Positions 35,727 through 44,734 of a DNA stretch of 64,000 bases are shown here, piece after piece. Origin of the DNA: a bacterium (GTDB lineage Bacteria > Bacteroidota > Bacteroidia > Bacteroidales > FEN-979); assembly GCA_043806735.1 (NCBI GenBank), contig JAZDGR010000052.1:9995-73994 (forward strand). The letters run 5' to 3'. The notes beneath the pieces are model-generated. The model searched no databases. It saw only the letters and a program-made list of their open reading frames with translations, and was not told the DNA's origin. The stretch's first letter is position 1, and every line of letters begins with the position of its first letter. The translations under genes and the position numbers were made by a program.

Positions 35727-37606
35727 TACTCTTTTACGGGTTCCAGCAATTCGATCAAAAGGTCATCCATATAAAAAGGTTGTTTGCCGCGGTTCCAGAT
35801 ATAGACTGCCAGCACATCTTCCGCGTCGGTCACAAACGGAATCTCGTAATCCATACTTACGGGATTCCATTCCCCAACCTTCAGGGAATCATCTGCCAGC
35901 TGGATCGATTTGTATTTGTAGTTGTTTTCTTTCCCGGTCATGGTCACCACCAGGTTGGCCGGACTCTCTTTCATTTCAACGGTAGGGTAGACAAACAGGG
36001 TCACCCGGAGCCAGGAACCCTCTTTCGCTGCGAGCTCATTGTAGGCTACCTTAATCCCGGGGGAGAATTCAACGGTCGAGTCCATCTGATACGAATGGCT
36101 GCCAGCCTTCACGATGGTTCTGGAAAGATGCGGGTCCTGATCTGCCCCCTGGTATTCAAAGGTATAATTGGCAAGTACGCGCTTTGTAAACTGCTGACCC
36201 TCCTTCAGGAATTCGCGGTCGGAAGTTTCCACAACCTCCAGCAGTTTTTTGCTGGATTCTTCCACGTGTGTCCGACCAAAAATAGCCCAGTAGTATTCTT
36301 TCGTCATCCGCGACGGGTCAATGATCCAGGTCATGTACTGCCAGGTCTGGAACAGGTTAAGCCAGATAAAGAAAGCTGCAACAACGAAGAACACCAGCTT
36401 CAGCCAGATGCGGCGACGAAAGATCCAGGTGATGAATGCCCCGAAGGGGATCGCCAGTAAGGCATAGGATTGCATGAGGGACCGTTGGCCCAGACTGCCA
36501 CCATACCACCAGGTTGTCCAGGAGGAGACGATGAGCAGGTTGACGGTAAAAAAAAGGAATGCTGCCCAGAAGAGTTCCCGTTTCTGCCGCCAGAGGAAGA
36601 TAAAACCTGCCACCGGAAAACACATCATGGGAGCATAGATCAGCCAGCCCTTTTTCCAGGAAAAGAGGACAAACATGATGTAAGGCGCCAGGAACCGCAA
36701 TCCCTCCCCTTCTTCGTAACTGTAATACAAAAATCTCCCGGAATAGATCTTCCAGTAGATTAATTGGACTGAACCCACCAGCAATACGCACAAACCCATA
36801 CCAATGACCTGTGACCAGTGACTAGTGACTAGTGACAATTTTTTCTGCAGGGTATCTTTATTCCATATACCCCAGAGCAGGGGGATCAGTGCACTGATGA
36901 TCTCGGTAGGACGAATCAGGACCGCGAGGCCCACAAACAAACCCAGCGGTATGGCAAATCTCCATTTCGGCGTTTCATGCCATTTCATGGTAAACCAGAT
37001 GATGAGGGCATAAATGGCAAACAGCGTGTTGTGCACCATTGCCCCGTCGTATGCGGTAAGCTGGAAAAAGTTGGTTCCCAGGATCAGAAGTACCATGACA
37101 ACCGAGGTGACAACATCCGAAAAGTACCTGATCAGGATCTTGCGCAGAAACCAGATGCCGATGACGGTATAAATGAGGCATCCCATGGCAATGGAAAACT
37201 GGTAGGGCAGTGAAAACCCGTCTTGGACATAACCGAGAGCACCTGCCAGCCAATGGGCAAGAAAGAAAAAGGGTGAGAACAAAATAGCCATCCCCATCGG
37301 GTATTTCAGGATGTAGTGCTCTTCGGGGCCCATATAGGCCTGATAAAACCCGATGGTGGGTCCATATTTGTCGAGGATCTGCTGAAGCCAGGAGAAATCG
37401 GATATTCCCAGGTCATGATAGATGAACTTTGCCGGAAGGTAGAGGTAATAACCAAAAACATCCCATGAGAGGATCGAAAGTACATCATAGGTCAGCCAGC
37501 GCGGGAGTAAAAACCTGCCCAGAATTACTCCGGCCGATAAAATCAGAAAGGTAACGCCGGAGATTGGGGCAACTGCTTTATTCTTCACCATTAAACCGGT
37601 TGTCAC
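35726..37606 (-). CDS. GT-C-like polytopic membrane protein (ArnT/PMT/YfhO-like architecture) with C-terminal CBM-like module
   Basis: 626 aa with the same architecture as 33945-35726. The tail ends in [21 protein letters not shown]. It overlaps the GT2 gene by 4 nt and the next GT-C-like gene by 1 nt. Confidence 0.5.
   Translation of the reverse strand: MTTGLMVKNKAVAPISGVTFLILSAGVILGRFLLPRWLTYDVLSILSWDVFGYYLYLPAKFIYHDLGISDFSWLQQILDKYGPTIGFYQAYMGPEEHYILKYPMGMAILFSPFFFLAHWLAGALGYVQDGFSLPYQFSIAMGCLIYTVIGIWFLRKILIRYFSDVVTSVVMVLLILGTNFFQLTAYDGAMVHNTLFAIYALIIWFTMKWHETPKWRFAIPLGLFVGLAVLIRPTEIISALIPLLWGIWNKDTLQKKLSLVTSHWSQVIGMGLCVLLVGSVQLIYWKIYSGRFLYYSYEEGEGLRFLAPYIMFVLFSWKKGWLIYAPMMCFPVAGFIFLWRQKRELFWAAFLFFTVNLLIVSSWTTWWYGGSLGQRSLMQSYALLAIPFGAFITWIFRRRIWLKLVFFVVAAFFIWLNLFQTWQYMTWIIDPSRMTKEYYWAIFGRTHVEESSKKLLEVVETSDREFLKEGQQFTKRVLANYTFEYQGADQDPHLSRTIVKAGSHSYQMDSTVEFSPGIKVAYNELAAKEGSWLRVTLFVYPTVEMKESPANLVVTMTGKENNYKYKSIQLADDSLKVGEWNPVSMDYEIPFVTDAEDVLAVYIWNRGKQPFYMDDLLIELLEPVKE
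36802..36836. repeat. heptanucleotide array, 5 units (nnGTGAC), translated in frame inside the GT-C-like gene
   Basis: Plus strand: caatgac ctgtgac cagtgac tagtgac tagtgac. On the coding strand it is read as TTG TCA CTA GTC ACT AGT CAC TGG TCA CAG GTC ATT, giving [12 protein letters not shown]. Confidence 0.85.
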
Positions 37607-38373
37607 TTTGTGTATTTCCTGTCAAAAATGTTGTACCGGATCAGGCAGATCACGGCTCTCAGCGCATCTTTCATCCGGATTTTCTTTCCTTCTTCATAGG
37701 TTCTTCCGTAGTAGGAGATGCCCACTTCATAGATCCGGATCCCCGGAAACCGTGCGATTTTGGAGGTGACTTCCGGCTCAAAGCCAAACCGCTGCTCCTT
37801 AAAATGGATTTGTTTCAGGAACCCGGCACGGAACAGCTTGTAGCAGGTCTCCATGTCGGTAAGGTTGAGGTTGGTAAAGAGGTTGGAGACGAAGGTCAGG
37901 ATCTTATTCCCGATCGAGTGCCAGAAAAAGAGGATCCGGTGGGGACGGCCTCCCATGAAACGGGAACCATATACCACATCGGCGACGCCATCCAGCATAG
38001 GTTTTAACAGCACTTCATATTCCTGGGGATCATATTCCAGGTCGGCATCCTGAATAATAATGAACTCCCCTGTTGCCAGCTCAATGCCTTTATGGATTGC
38101 TGCACCTTTGCCCTGGTTGAAGGGCTGTGAGAAGAACTGGATAGTGGTGACTGGTGACTGGTGACTGGTGACTGGTGACTTTTCAATGTACTCTTTGACG
38201 ATCTCTCCCGTATTATCCGTTGAGGCGTCGTTGGTGACAATGATCTCTTTTTTGAGTCCGCCGGGCAGGGTCGCCGAAAAGACCTTGTCAAGGATCCGGG
38301 TGATGGTTTTTCCCTCGTTAAAAGCCGGGATCAGGATGGAAAGTGTTTGATCCATGGAAGTAGAATTATTCAT
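37603..38373 (-). CDS. family 2 glycosyltransferase, small soluble polyprenyl-phosphate-sugar-synthase-like type
   Basis: 256 aa. [21 protein letters not shown] and the DxD motif [12 protein letters not shown], plus NQGKGAA. It contains the repeat-derived segment [11 protein letters not shown]. Confidence 0.8.
   Translation of the reverse strand: MNNSTSMDQTLSILIPAFNEGKTITRILDKVFSATLPGGLKKEIIVTNDASTDNTGEIVKEYIEKSPVTSHQSPVTTIQFFSQPFNQGKGAAIHKGIELATGEFIIIQDADLEYDPQEYEVLLKPMLDGVADVVYGSRFMGGRPHRILFFWHSIGNKILTFVSNLFTNLNLTDMETCYKLFRAGFLKQIHFKEQRFGFEPEVTSKIARFPGIRIYEVGISYYGRTYEEGKKIRMKDALRAVICLIRYNIFDRKYTK
38145..38179. repeat. heptanucleotide array (TGGTGAC)x5, translated in frame inside the GT2 gene
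   Basis: Five perfect units. The coding strand (TCACCAG)n is read as [11 protein letters not shown]. Confidence 0.9.
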
Positions 38374-40921
38374 GAAAATAGATGCGTTTCACGCGTCTTG
38401 AAATACTGGTCAGGATCTCATACGGTATCGTCTCCAGGGTTTTGGCCAGCTCCGTTACCGGGAAGTCGTCCCCGAAAATGATCACCAACTCCCCTTCGTT
38501 CACGGGGGTTCCGCTTTGCACAATCTGCGTAATGTCCAGCATGCAAAGATCCATGCAAATGTTGCCGATCACCGGGGCGCGAACCCCTTTCACCAGCAGG
38601 TGCCCGCGTCCATTTCCCAGTTTGCGGTCTAATCCGTCGGCATATCCCACCGGGACTATTGCTATGAGGCTGTCCTTATATGCTTTTCCGATGCGGTTAT
38701 AGCCGATGGTTTCTCCTGCTTGTATGGTTTTAATCTGGGTGATGACCGATCGTAAAGTGCTCACATTCCGCAGGCGCTTTTGCTCGACTTCATCATACCC
38801 TACCCCGTAAAGGCCGATCCCCAGCCGGACCATCTCGAACTGACCCTCTGGGAACCGGCTGATTCCTGCCGAATTCAGAATGTGCCTTAACACCGGGTAT
38901 CCGACAGCTTGCCTGATTTTTTCGCTCATTTCGATAAACTTGCGGAACTGTTCGCCCGTAAAGGGATCCAGATTCGGGTCTTCGCTTCCCGCAAGATGGG
39001 AGAATACGGAACAAACCCGAATGGTGTGACTTCCCGTGATTCTTTCGATCAATGCATCGAGCTCGTCGGGACAAAAACCCAGCCGGTGCATCCCGGTATC
39101 CAGCTTGATATGGATTGGAACGGCTTCCCTGGACCCGGTCGGATTCCGGTCAATGGCTTCCTCCAGCATGCGCAGGATCCGGTGGTTGTATATCTCCGGT
39201 TCAAGGTTGTAATTCAAAAGCGTTTCAATGCTCTCTTCTTCCGGACTCATCACCATAATGGGCAGACTGATGCCGGCGTTTCGCAGTTCGACGCCTTCAT
39301 CGGCATAGGCAACAGCCAGGTAATCGACATGATTGAACTGAAGCAGGTTGGCGATCTCGTAGCTTCCACTGCCGTATGAAAAGGCTTTTACCATCGCCAT
39401 AATTTTTACACCCGGTTTCAGTTTGGCCTTATAGAAGTTGAGGTTGTGAACCAGGGCATCCAGGTTGATCTCCAGTACCGTTTCATGCGATTTTTGCTGC
39501 AATGCCTGGCTGATCCGCTCAAATCCGAACAGGCGGGCGCCTTTCAGGAGAATGGTCTCGTCGCGAAAGGACGAGAGCGGGAAGTGATTTAGGAACTCAT
39601 CAGTAGTTTCAAAGAAGGCTTTCTGCATCGGAAACTGATGCAGGTTCCGTGAAATATCCGGACCGATTCCGATGATCCGGTCAATTTTTTTCTCCGCCAG
39701 GATCCTGGCGATTGTTCCGTACAGTTCCTCCTGGCTACGGCCTGTTTGCAGGATATCCGACAGGATCAGGGTCTTTTTCCGGTGCTGGTTCTGCTGCACG
39801 AGGAAATCCAGGGCAATGCCCAGCGAATTGATGTCGGAATTGTAGCTGTCGTTGATGAGGGAGCAATGGTTGATCGCCTCCTTGAGTTCGAGGCGCATGG
39901 CGACGGAAGTCAGGAGGGGGAACCGATCGGTGATACGAGATACGGGATCCGGGATTCCTAACACCATCGTCAACGCCCAGCAGTGAATTGCGTTTTCAAC
40001 AGAAGCTTCGTCGGTGAAAGGGATGGTTATTTCGATCTCTTTTTGTTGATATAATCCCCGGATGCAGGAATGTCCCTGCTCTTTTCGGATCTCTTTGATC
40101 ATCAGGTCATCTCTTTCCCCGCTCCCCCATGTAAACCGCTTCAATGCCGTGTATTTTTCCGACCGCTCAAGCAGGTCGCCGATCATCCGATAGTCTGACC
40201 GGTAGATCAGGATATCAGAGTGCACAAAAATCTTCAGCTTCTCTTCCGCTTTTCCTTCATATCCGCTGAAGTGTTCATCATGCGCCGGGCCGATGTTGGT
40301 GAGGATCCCGATGGTCGGTCTGATGATCTCTTCCAGCCGGTCCATTTCCCCGGGTTGTGAAATTCCGGCTTCAAAAATAGCCAGGTCATATCGGGGTTCC
40401 ATTTTCCAGACCGACAGGGGTACTCCGAGTTGGGAATTGAAGCTTTTGGGACTGCGGATCACTTGGAAATCCGGAGAAAGCAACTGGTACAGCCATTCTT
40501 TCACGATGGTCTTCCCGTTGCTTCCCGTGATCCCGATTACCGGATATCCGAATTGCTTCCTGTGATGGGCGGCGAGTTGCTGGAGGGCAGTCAGGGTGTC
40601 GGAGACCAGGATAAAGACAGGATCCCGTTGCTTCGCTGCGCTCGCAATGACAATGTTTCCTGCCAACTGCCAACTGCCAACTGCCAACTGCAAATTGCTG
40701 ATCAGGAAGCACTTCACGCCCTTTTCCGCCAGCTCCCGGATGTACCGGTGACCATCGTTCCGGCCGCTTACAAGGGCAATAAAGAGGGTCCCTTCGGGAT
40801 TTGCAAGCCGCCTGCTATCAATGAGCAATTCTGATATGGCCGGATCTGCCGGAGCTGAAGAAATCACCTCCCCGTCGGTGATCCGGGCGATCTCGCTGGC
40901 GTTATATTGAAGCACACTCAT
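38366..40921 (-). CDS. murF: bifunctional UDP-MurNAc-tripeptide--D-Ala-D-Ala ligase (MurF) / alanine racemase (Alr) fusion
   Basis: 851 aa. Mur ligase P-loop GITGSNGKT in the N-terminal half. Alr PLP-site block [12 protein letters not shown] and the C-terminal PVGYADG in the second half. It carries a repeat-derived insert [24 protein letters not shown]. Confidence 0.85.
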   Translation of the reverse strand: MSVLQYNASEIARITDGEVISSAPADPAISELLIDSRRLANPEGTLFIALVSGRNDGHRYIRELAEKGVKCFLISNLQLAVGSWQLAGNIVIASAAKQRDPVFILVSDTLTALQQLAAHHRKQFGYPVIGITGSNGKTIVKEWLYQLLSPDFQVIRSPKSFNSQLGVPLSVWKMEPRYDLAIFEAGISQPGEMDRLEEIIRPTIGILTNIGPAHDEHFSGYEGKAEEKLKIFVHSDILIYRSDYRMIGDLLERSEKYTALKRFTWGSGERDDLMIKEIRKEQGHSCIRGLYQQKEIEITIPFTDEASVENAIHCWALTMVLGIPDPVSRITDRFPLLTSVAMRLELKEAINHCSLINDSYNSDINSLGIALDFLVQQNQHRKKTLILSDILQTGRSQEELYGTIARILAEKKIDRIIGIGPDISRNLHQFPMQKAFFETTDEFLNHFPLSSFRDETILLKGARLFGFERISQALQQKSHETVLEINLDALVHNLNFYKAKLKPGVKIMAMVKAFSYGSGSYEIANLLQFNHVDYLAVAYADEGVELRNAGISLPIMVMSPEEESIETLLNYNLEPEIYNHRILRMLEEAIDRNPTGSREAVPIHIKLDTGMHRLGFCPDELDALIERITGSHTIRVCSVFSHLAGSEDPNLDPFTGEQFRKFIEMSEKIRQAVGYPVLRHILNSAGISRFPEGQFEMVRLGIGLYGVGYDEVEQKRLRNVSTLRSVITQIKTIQAGETIGYNRIGKAYKDSLIAIVPVGYADGLDRKLGNGRGHLLVKGVRAPVIGNICMDLCMLDITQIVQSGTPVNEGELVIIFGDDFPVTELAKTLETIPYEILTSISRRVKRIYFHE
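40661..40695. repeat. heptanucleotide array (TGCCAAC)x4 plus one degenerate unit, translated in frame inside murF-alr
   Basis: Reads tgccaac x4 then tgcaaat. The coding strand (CAGTTGG)n is read as [11 protein letters not shown]. Confidence 0.9.
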
Positions 40922-41997
40922 TCCTGGTTGCTCTCAGATTCCGCTTTCGCGGGCTGAAGCGGATTTTTTCTCAGTTCTTTGTATTGAACCCGGTTGTTGA
41001 ATATATCACATGCCAGGAACAGGGCATGCCGGAATGCTTCCGGGTTGGCTTCGTTTTTCCCGGCAATATCGAACGCCGTTCCGTGAGCCGGAGAGGTACG
41101 GATCACCGGCAATCCCGCAGTATAGTTCACCCCTTCATCGAAGGATAACAGCTTGAACGGAACCATCCCCTGGTCGTGGTAGATTGCCAGGATCCCGTCG
41201 AAAGCGCGGAAATTGGAGGAGCCGAAGAAACCGTCGGCCGGAAAGGGGCCAAAAACCAGGATCCCTTCCCCGAAAGCTTTATCGATGGTGGGTTTGATGA
41301 TGCGGGTATCCTCATCCCCGATCAGACCGTCGTCTCCGGCATGCGGATTGAGCGCCAGGACCGCGATTCTGGGTTTCAGTACCCCGAAGTCCTGTATCAG
41401 GGATTGATTGAGGATTTTGATCTTGTTCAATAAAAGCTCCTCTGTGAGGGTTTCCGATACCTTCGACAGGGGAATATGACCGGTTACCACCCCGATCCGG
41501 AACTGCTTGTTCACCATCAGCATCAGCATCTCCCTGACTTTGCATTTCTCAGCCAGGTATTCGGTATGACCGGGAAACTGGAAACTCTCTGACTGAATAT
41601 TTTTTTTGTTGATGGGAGCTGTCACCAGCACATCGATCTGATTTCTCAACAGGTCCGATGTCGCCATTTCCAACGATTTGAACGCCAGCTCTCCGGCTAT
41701 CGGGGTTAGCTTCCCTATGTCAATTTTTACTTCATCTTCAATGATGTTGATGATGTTCGGCCTGCGAGGATGAGCCTGGTCAGCCCTTTTCACAAGGTTG
41801 AAGTTGAGGTCGGTGATGTTCATGATCTTGCGGTAGTAAGATGCTACCTTGGAAGAGCCATACACAATGATGGTATAATTCTCAAGCAACCACTGATCCT
41901 GTAACGTTTTTATAATGATCTCGTAACTGATCCCGTTGATATCCCCGTGAGAAATTCCCACCCGGATGCGGTTTTCTTTTTCTGCAATCTGTTCCAT
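40918..41997 (-). CDS. pdxA: 4-hydroxythreonine-4-phosphate dehydrogenase
   Basis: 359 aa. PdxA blocks: GISHGDINGISYEI, FQFPGHTEYLAEK, LNPHAGDDG, IRTSPAHGTAFDIAG. Confidence 0.88.
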   Translation of the reverse strand: MEQIAEKENRIRVGISHGDINGISYEIIIKTLQDQWLLENYTIIVYGSSKVASYYRKIMNITDLNFNLVKRADQAHPRRPNIINIIEDEVKIDIGKLTPIAGELAFKSLEMATSDLLRNQIDVLVTAPINKKNIQSESFQFPGHTEYLAEKCKVREMLMLMVNKQFRIGVVTGHIPLSKVSETLTEELLLNKIKILNQSLIQDFGVLKPRIAVLALNPHAGDDGLIGDEDTRIIKPTIDKAFGEGILVFGPFPADGFFGSSNFRAFDGILAIYHDQGMVPFKLLSFDEGVNYTAGLPVIRTSPAHGTAFDIAGKNEANPEAFRHALFLACDIFNNRVQYKELRKNPLQPAKAESESNQE

Positions 41998-42002
41998 ATT
42001 TC

Positions 42003-42026
42003 TATTTTCCTAATTTCCTATTTTCC
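42003..42026. repeat. octanucleotide array (TAWTTTCC)x3 abutting the pdxA start
   Basis: Reads tattttcc taatttcc tattttcc. On the pdxA strand it reads GGAAAATA GGAAATTA GGAAAATA GAAAT ATG. Confidence 0.8.
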
Positions 42027-42203
42027 CAACTTGGCTGAGCCAGAACCAAACAAGAATAAAAGCGTAAATTTAGCATAAAAGGCTAAGTGAAGCCCGAAAA
42101 GAAGATATTGTAAGCGAAGCTATTGCATAGAATGGTAAAACCAAGGGGTTACTGCACATTTTATAGTTTTTAAGGCACTAATTTCACAGTTTCCTTTCCC
42201 CTC

Positions 42204-42848
42204 CTACCAGTATGGCTTCCCCTTAAACTGGTAAAACAACGACAGTGAAAGCACATCATTGTATTGCCCGGTATCGAAAAACCGCTTTTTATAACCATTC
42301 GCCACGCCATCGCGGATCGAGAGGATCGAGTTGTTGGTGCGGAAATTGACTTTAAGGCTTTTGGTAATGTAGCACGAAACGCCTATGATCGCGTTGAAGG
42401 TGAGGGTGCGCAACGGGATCCCTTCATCGTGTATCTCATACCCGTCATATCGCTCTTCATAGGAACCAACCAGGATATCGAAGGCCGGTCCGATCTCCAC
42501 GCTTAACCGTTTCAGGAAATTATACTGATAAAGGATCGGGATTTCAATGTAATTCAGCCGCAATTTGTAACTCCAGCTGTCTCCTTTTTCGTAATCGGCA
42601 TTTTTGCGGCTTCCTTTCTGGATGAATTCCAACTCCATCTGGAAGGATGAATGCCTGCTGATGTCGAGGACCACAAAACCCCCGCCCTGGAACCCCACCT
42701 TGTCAAATCCTTCCCACAGGTCTCCTGCAACCTGGCTGACATTGCCACCTCCCATCAACCCGCCGTCGAACTTCTGGGCAGTAAGTCGGCTACCTTTAAG
42801 AGACAACAAGTAAAGTATCCCCAAAACTACAACTGCTTTCGTATTCAT
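42204..42848 (-). CDS. small outer-membrane beta-barrel (porin-family/OmpA-like barrel) protein
   Basis: 214 aa. It has a signal peptide (MNTKAVVVLGILYLLSL...AQ), an alternating beta-strand pattern, and an aromatic-rich C-terminus SLSLFYQFKGKPYW. Confidence 0.6.
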   Translation of the reverse strand: MNTKAVVVLGILYLLSLKGSRLTAQKFDGGLMGGGNVSQVAGDLWEGFDKVGFQGGGFVVLDISRHSSFQMELEFIQKGSRKNADYEKGDSWSYKLRLNYIEIPILYQYNFLKRLSVEIGPAFDILVGSYEERYDGYEIHDEGIPLRTLTFNAIIGVSCYITKSLKVNFRTNNSILSIRDGVANGYKKRFFDTGQYNDVLSLSLFYQFKGKPYW

Positions 42849-42880
42849 ATATAAGTTATAAGGTCAGGAGGTCAGACGCT

Positions 42881-42901
42881 TCACGTCTCACGTTTCACGT
42901 C
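42881..42901. repeat. heptanucleotide array (TCACGTY)x3, preceded by aggtcag-g-aggtcag
   Basis: Reads tcacgtc tcacgtt tcacgtc. It lies between the barrel gene start and the response-regulator promoter. Confidence 0.75.
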
Positions 42902-42940
42902 ATAAAATTACGATTTTATCCCGAATCTTCTCACATTTGT

Positions 42941-42948
42941 TAACTTTG
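42941..42948 (+). promoter_or_regulatory. Bacteroidota -7 box TAACTTTG upstream of the OmpR-type regulator
   Basis: Matches TAnnTTTG and ends 26 nt before the TTG start at 42975. Confidence 0.4.
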
Positions 42949-42974
42949 AAGCTCAGTTTCAGAATTCGGTCTCT

Positions 42975-43673
42975 TTGGAAAACGCAGATTACAGAATCCT
43001 TCTGGTCGACGACGAAGCGGATATCCTGGAATTCCTCGGATATAACCTGAAACGGGAAGGGTACCAGGTTGCCAAAGCCAGAAGCGGGAATAAGGCGATC
43101 AGGCTTGCCAGGGAATTTCTTCCTCACCTGATCATCCTGGATGTGATGATGCCCGGGATGGATGGGATGGAAACCTGCGCTGTCCTGCGAAATATGCCCG
43201 AATTGAAACATACGCTTGTCATCTTTCTTACAGCCCGGGGCGAAGACTATTCTCAGATTGCCGGGTTTGAGGCAGGAGCGGATGACTACATCACAAAACC
43301 CATTAAACCCAGGCTTTTCCTTTCACGGATCCAGGCTTTACTGAGACGTCACGGAACGCAGGGTCCGGAAACCGATGTTGTACCGGAGCTGCTTGTTACC
43401 CGTCATTTGACCATAGACAAAGGAAAGTATACGGTCCTCCGGAATGGCATGGAGATTTCCCTGCCAAAAAAGGAATTTGAACTGCTGCGGTTCCTGGCTT
43501 CCTCCCCAAACAAAGTGGTGACCCGCGAGGAGATCTTTGCAGCAGTTTGGGGAGACGACGTCCTTGTGGGCGAACGAACCATCGACGTGCATATCCGTCG
43601 CATCAGGGAGCGGTTGGGGATTGAGAACATCAAAACGGTCAAAGGAGTTGGGTACAAATTTGAAGACCGATGA
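42975..43673 (+). CDS. OmpR/PhoB-family response regulator
   Basis: 232 aa. REC domain (ILLVDDEADILEF, DVMMPGMDG, KP) plus winged-helix output domain (TIDVHIRRIRERL...VKGVGYKF). There is no in-frame ATG before the REC domain, so the tracked TTG start is kept. Confidence 0.85.
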   Translation: MENADYRILLVDDEADILEFLGYNLKREGYQVAKARSGNKAIRLAREFLPHLIILDVMMPGMDGMETCAVLRNMPELKHTLVIFLTARGEDYSQIAGFEAGADDYITKPIKPRLFLSRIQALLRRHGTQGPETDVVPELLVTRHLTIDKGKYTVLRNGMEISLPKKEFELLRFLASSPNKVVTREEIFAAVWGDDVLVGERTIDVHIRRIRERLGIENIKTVKGVGYKFEDR

Positions 43674-44731
43674 AATACCATGAACCACGGCTTATTTCAT
43701 TGATCAATTCTGCGTTGGTCACGTTCGTTTATATCCTTTTTCTTCTGCTGGGGGGATGGATTCTTTTTCCCGGTATCCTGAATTCTGTTCAGGCCTGTTT
43801 GTTTATCGTCCTGTCAGCAGCAATTCTTTTCCTGATTTCCTTTTTTATTTTCCGGTATACGTTGGAACGCTTCATCTATAGCAAAATCAGGTTGATCTAC
43901 AAAACGATCCACGAAAGTAAGATCAGGAAAGGGCAGGCAAAATCTTCGCGGATCGATCCCCGGTTACTTGAAAATGTGGGCCGGGAAGTTGAAGTCTGGC
44001 AGCAGGAAAAGAGCCGGGAGATTGAGCAGTTGAAACAGCTTGAGCAGTACCGGAGGGAGTTTATCGGCAACGTGTCGCACGAACTGAAAACCCCGTTATT
44101 CAATATCCAGGGATATGTGTTGACTTTGCTGGATGGCGGTCTGGATGATTCTTCCATCAACCTGGAATACCTGAAACGGACCGAGAAAAGCATTGAGCGG
44201 CTGATCCGGATTGTGGAAGACCTGGATGAGATTTTCCTGCTGGAATCAGGTCAGCTCAAACTGAATGTGACCCGGTTTGACATCAATTCCCTGTCGAAGG
44301 AGGTGTTGGAGCTGCTGGAGGTAAAAGCCAGGAAAAAGAGCATCCGGCTGGTTCCTGCGAAAGAAGATAAACCCATATCCGTAGAAGGGGATAAAGAAAA
44401 GATCCGGCAGGTGCTCACGAACATCCTGGAGAACTCGATCCGGTATGGTGTTGAGGAGGGGAAGACAAAAATCAGTTTCTTCGACATGGGGGAGCATATC
44501 CTTACTGAAGTCACCGACAATGGGATAGGAATTGAGCCGGAGGAGTTGTCCAGGGTCTTTGAACGGTTTTACCGTACGAAAAGCGGCCGGGCTTCTTTTT
44601 CGAAAGGGAAAGGGCTCGGACTGGCAATTGTCAAACACATCCTGGAAGCTCATCAACAAACGGTAAATGTCAGAAGTACTCCTGGCGTCGGAACTACCTT
44701 TGGGTTTACCCTTAAGAAAGTCAACATCTAG
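43670..44731 (+). CDS. sensor histidine kinase (PhoR-like)
   Basis: 353 aa. Two N-terminal TM helices, H-box FIGNVSHELKTPL, and N/G boxes LTNILENSIRYG and DNGIGI...GLGLAIVKH. It overlaps the regulator gene by 4 nt. Confidence 0.85.
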   Translation: MKYHEPRLISLINSALVTFVYILFLLLGGWILFPGILNSVQACLFIVLSAAILFLISFFIFRYTLERFIYSKIRLIYKTIHESKIRKGQAKSSRIDPRLLENVGREVEVWQQEKSREIEQLKQLEQYRREFIGNVSHELKTPLFNIQGYVLTLLDGGLDDSSINLEYLKRTEKSIERLIRIVEDLDEIFLLESGQLKLNVTRFDINSLSKEVLELLEVKARKKSIRLVPAKEDKPISVEGDKEKIRQVLTNILENSIRYGVEEGKTKISFFDMGEHILTEVTDNGIGIEPEELSRVFERFYRTKSGRASFSKGKGLGLAIVKHILEAHQQTVNVRSTPGVGTTFGFTLKKVNI

Positions 44732-44734
44732 GCA

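Noticed and set aside
32462-40921. Calling the MBOAT and its partner a dlt (D-alanylation) operon because murF-alr is adjacent
   Set aside because: No DltA-like adenylating enzyme or DltC-like carrier protein is present in the window. An acetyl or other acyl donor (AlgI/AlgJ-type) is equally likely, so this is kept only as a hypothesis inside the cluster finding.
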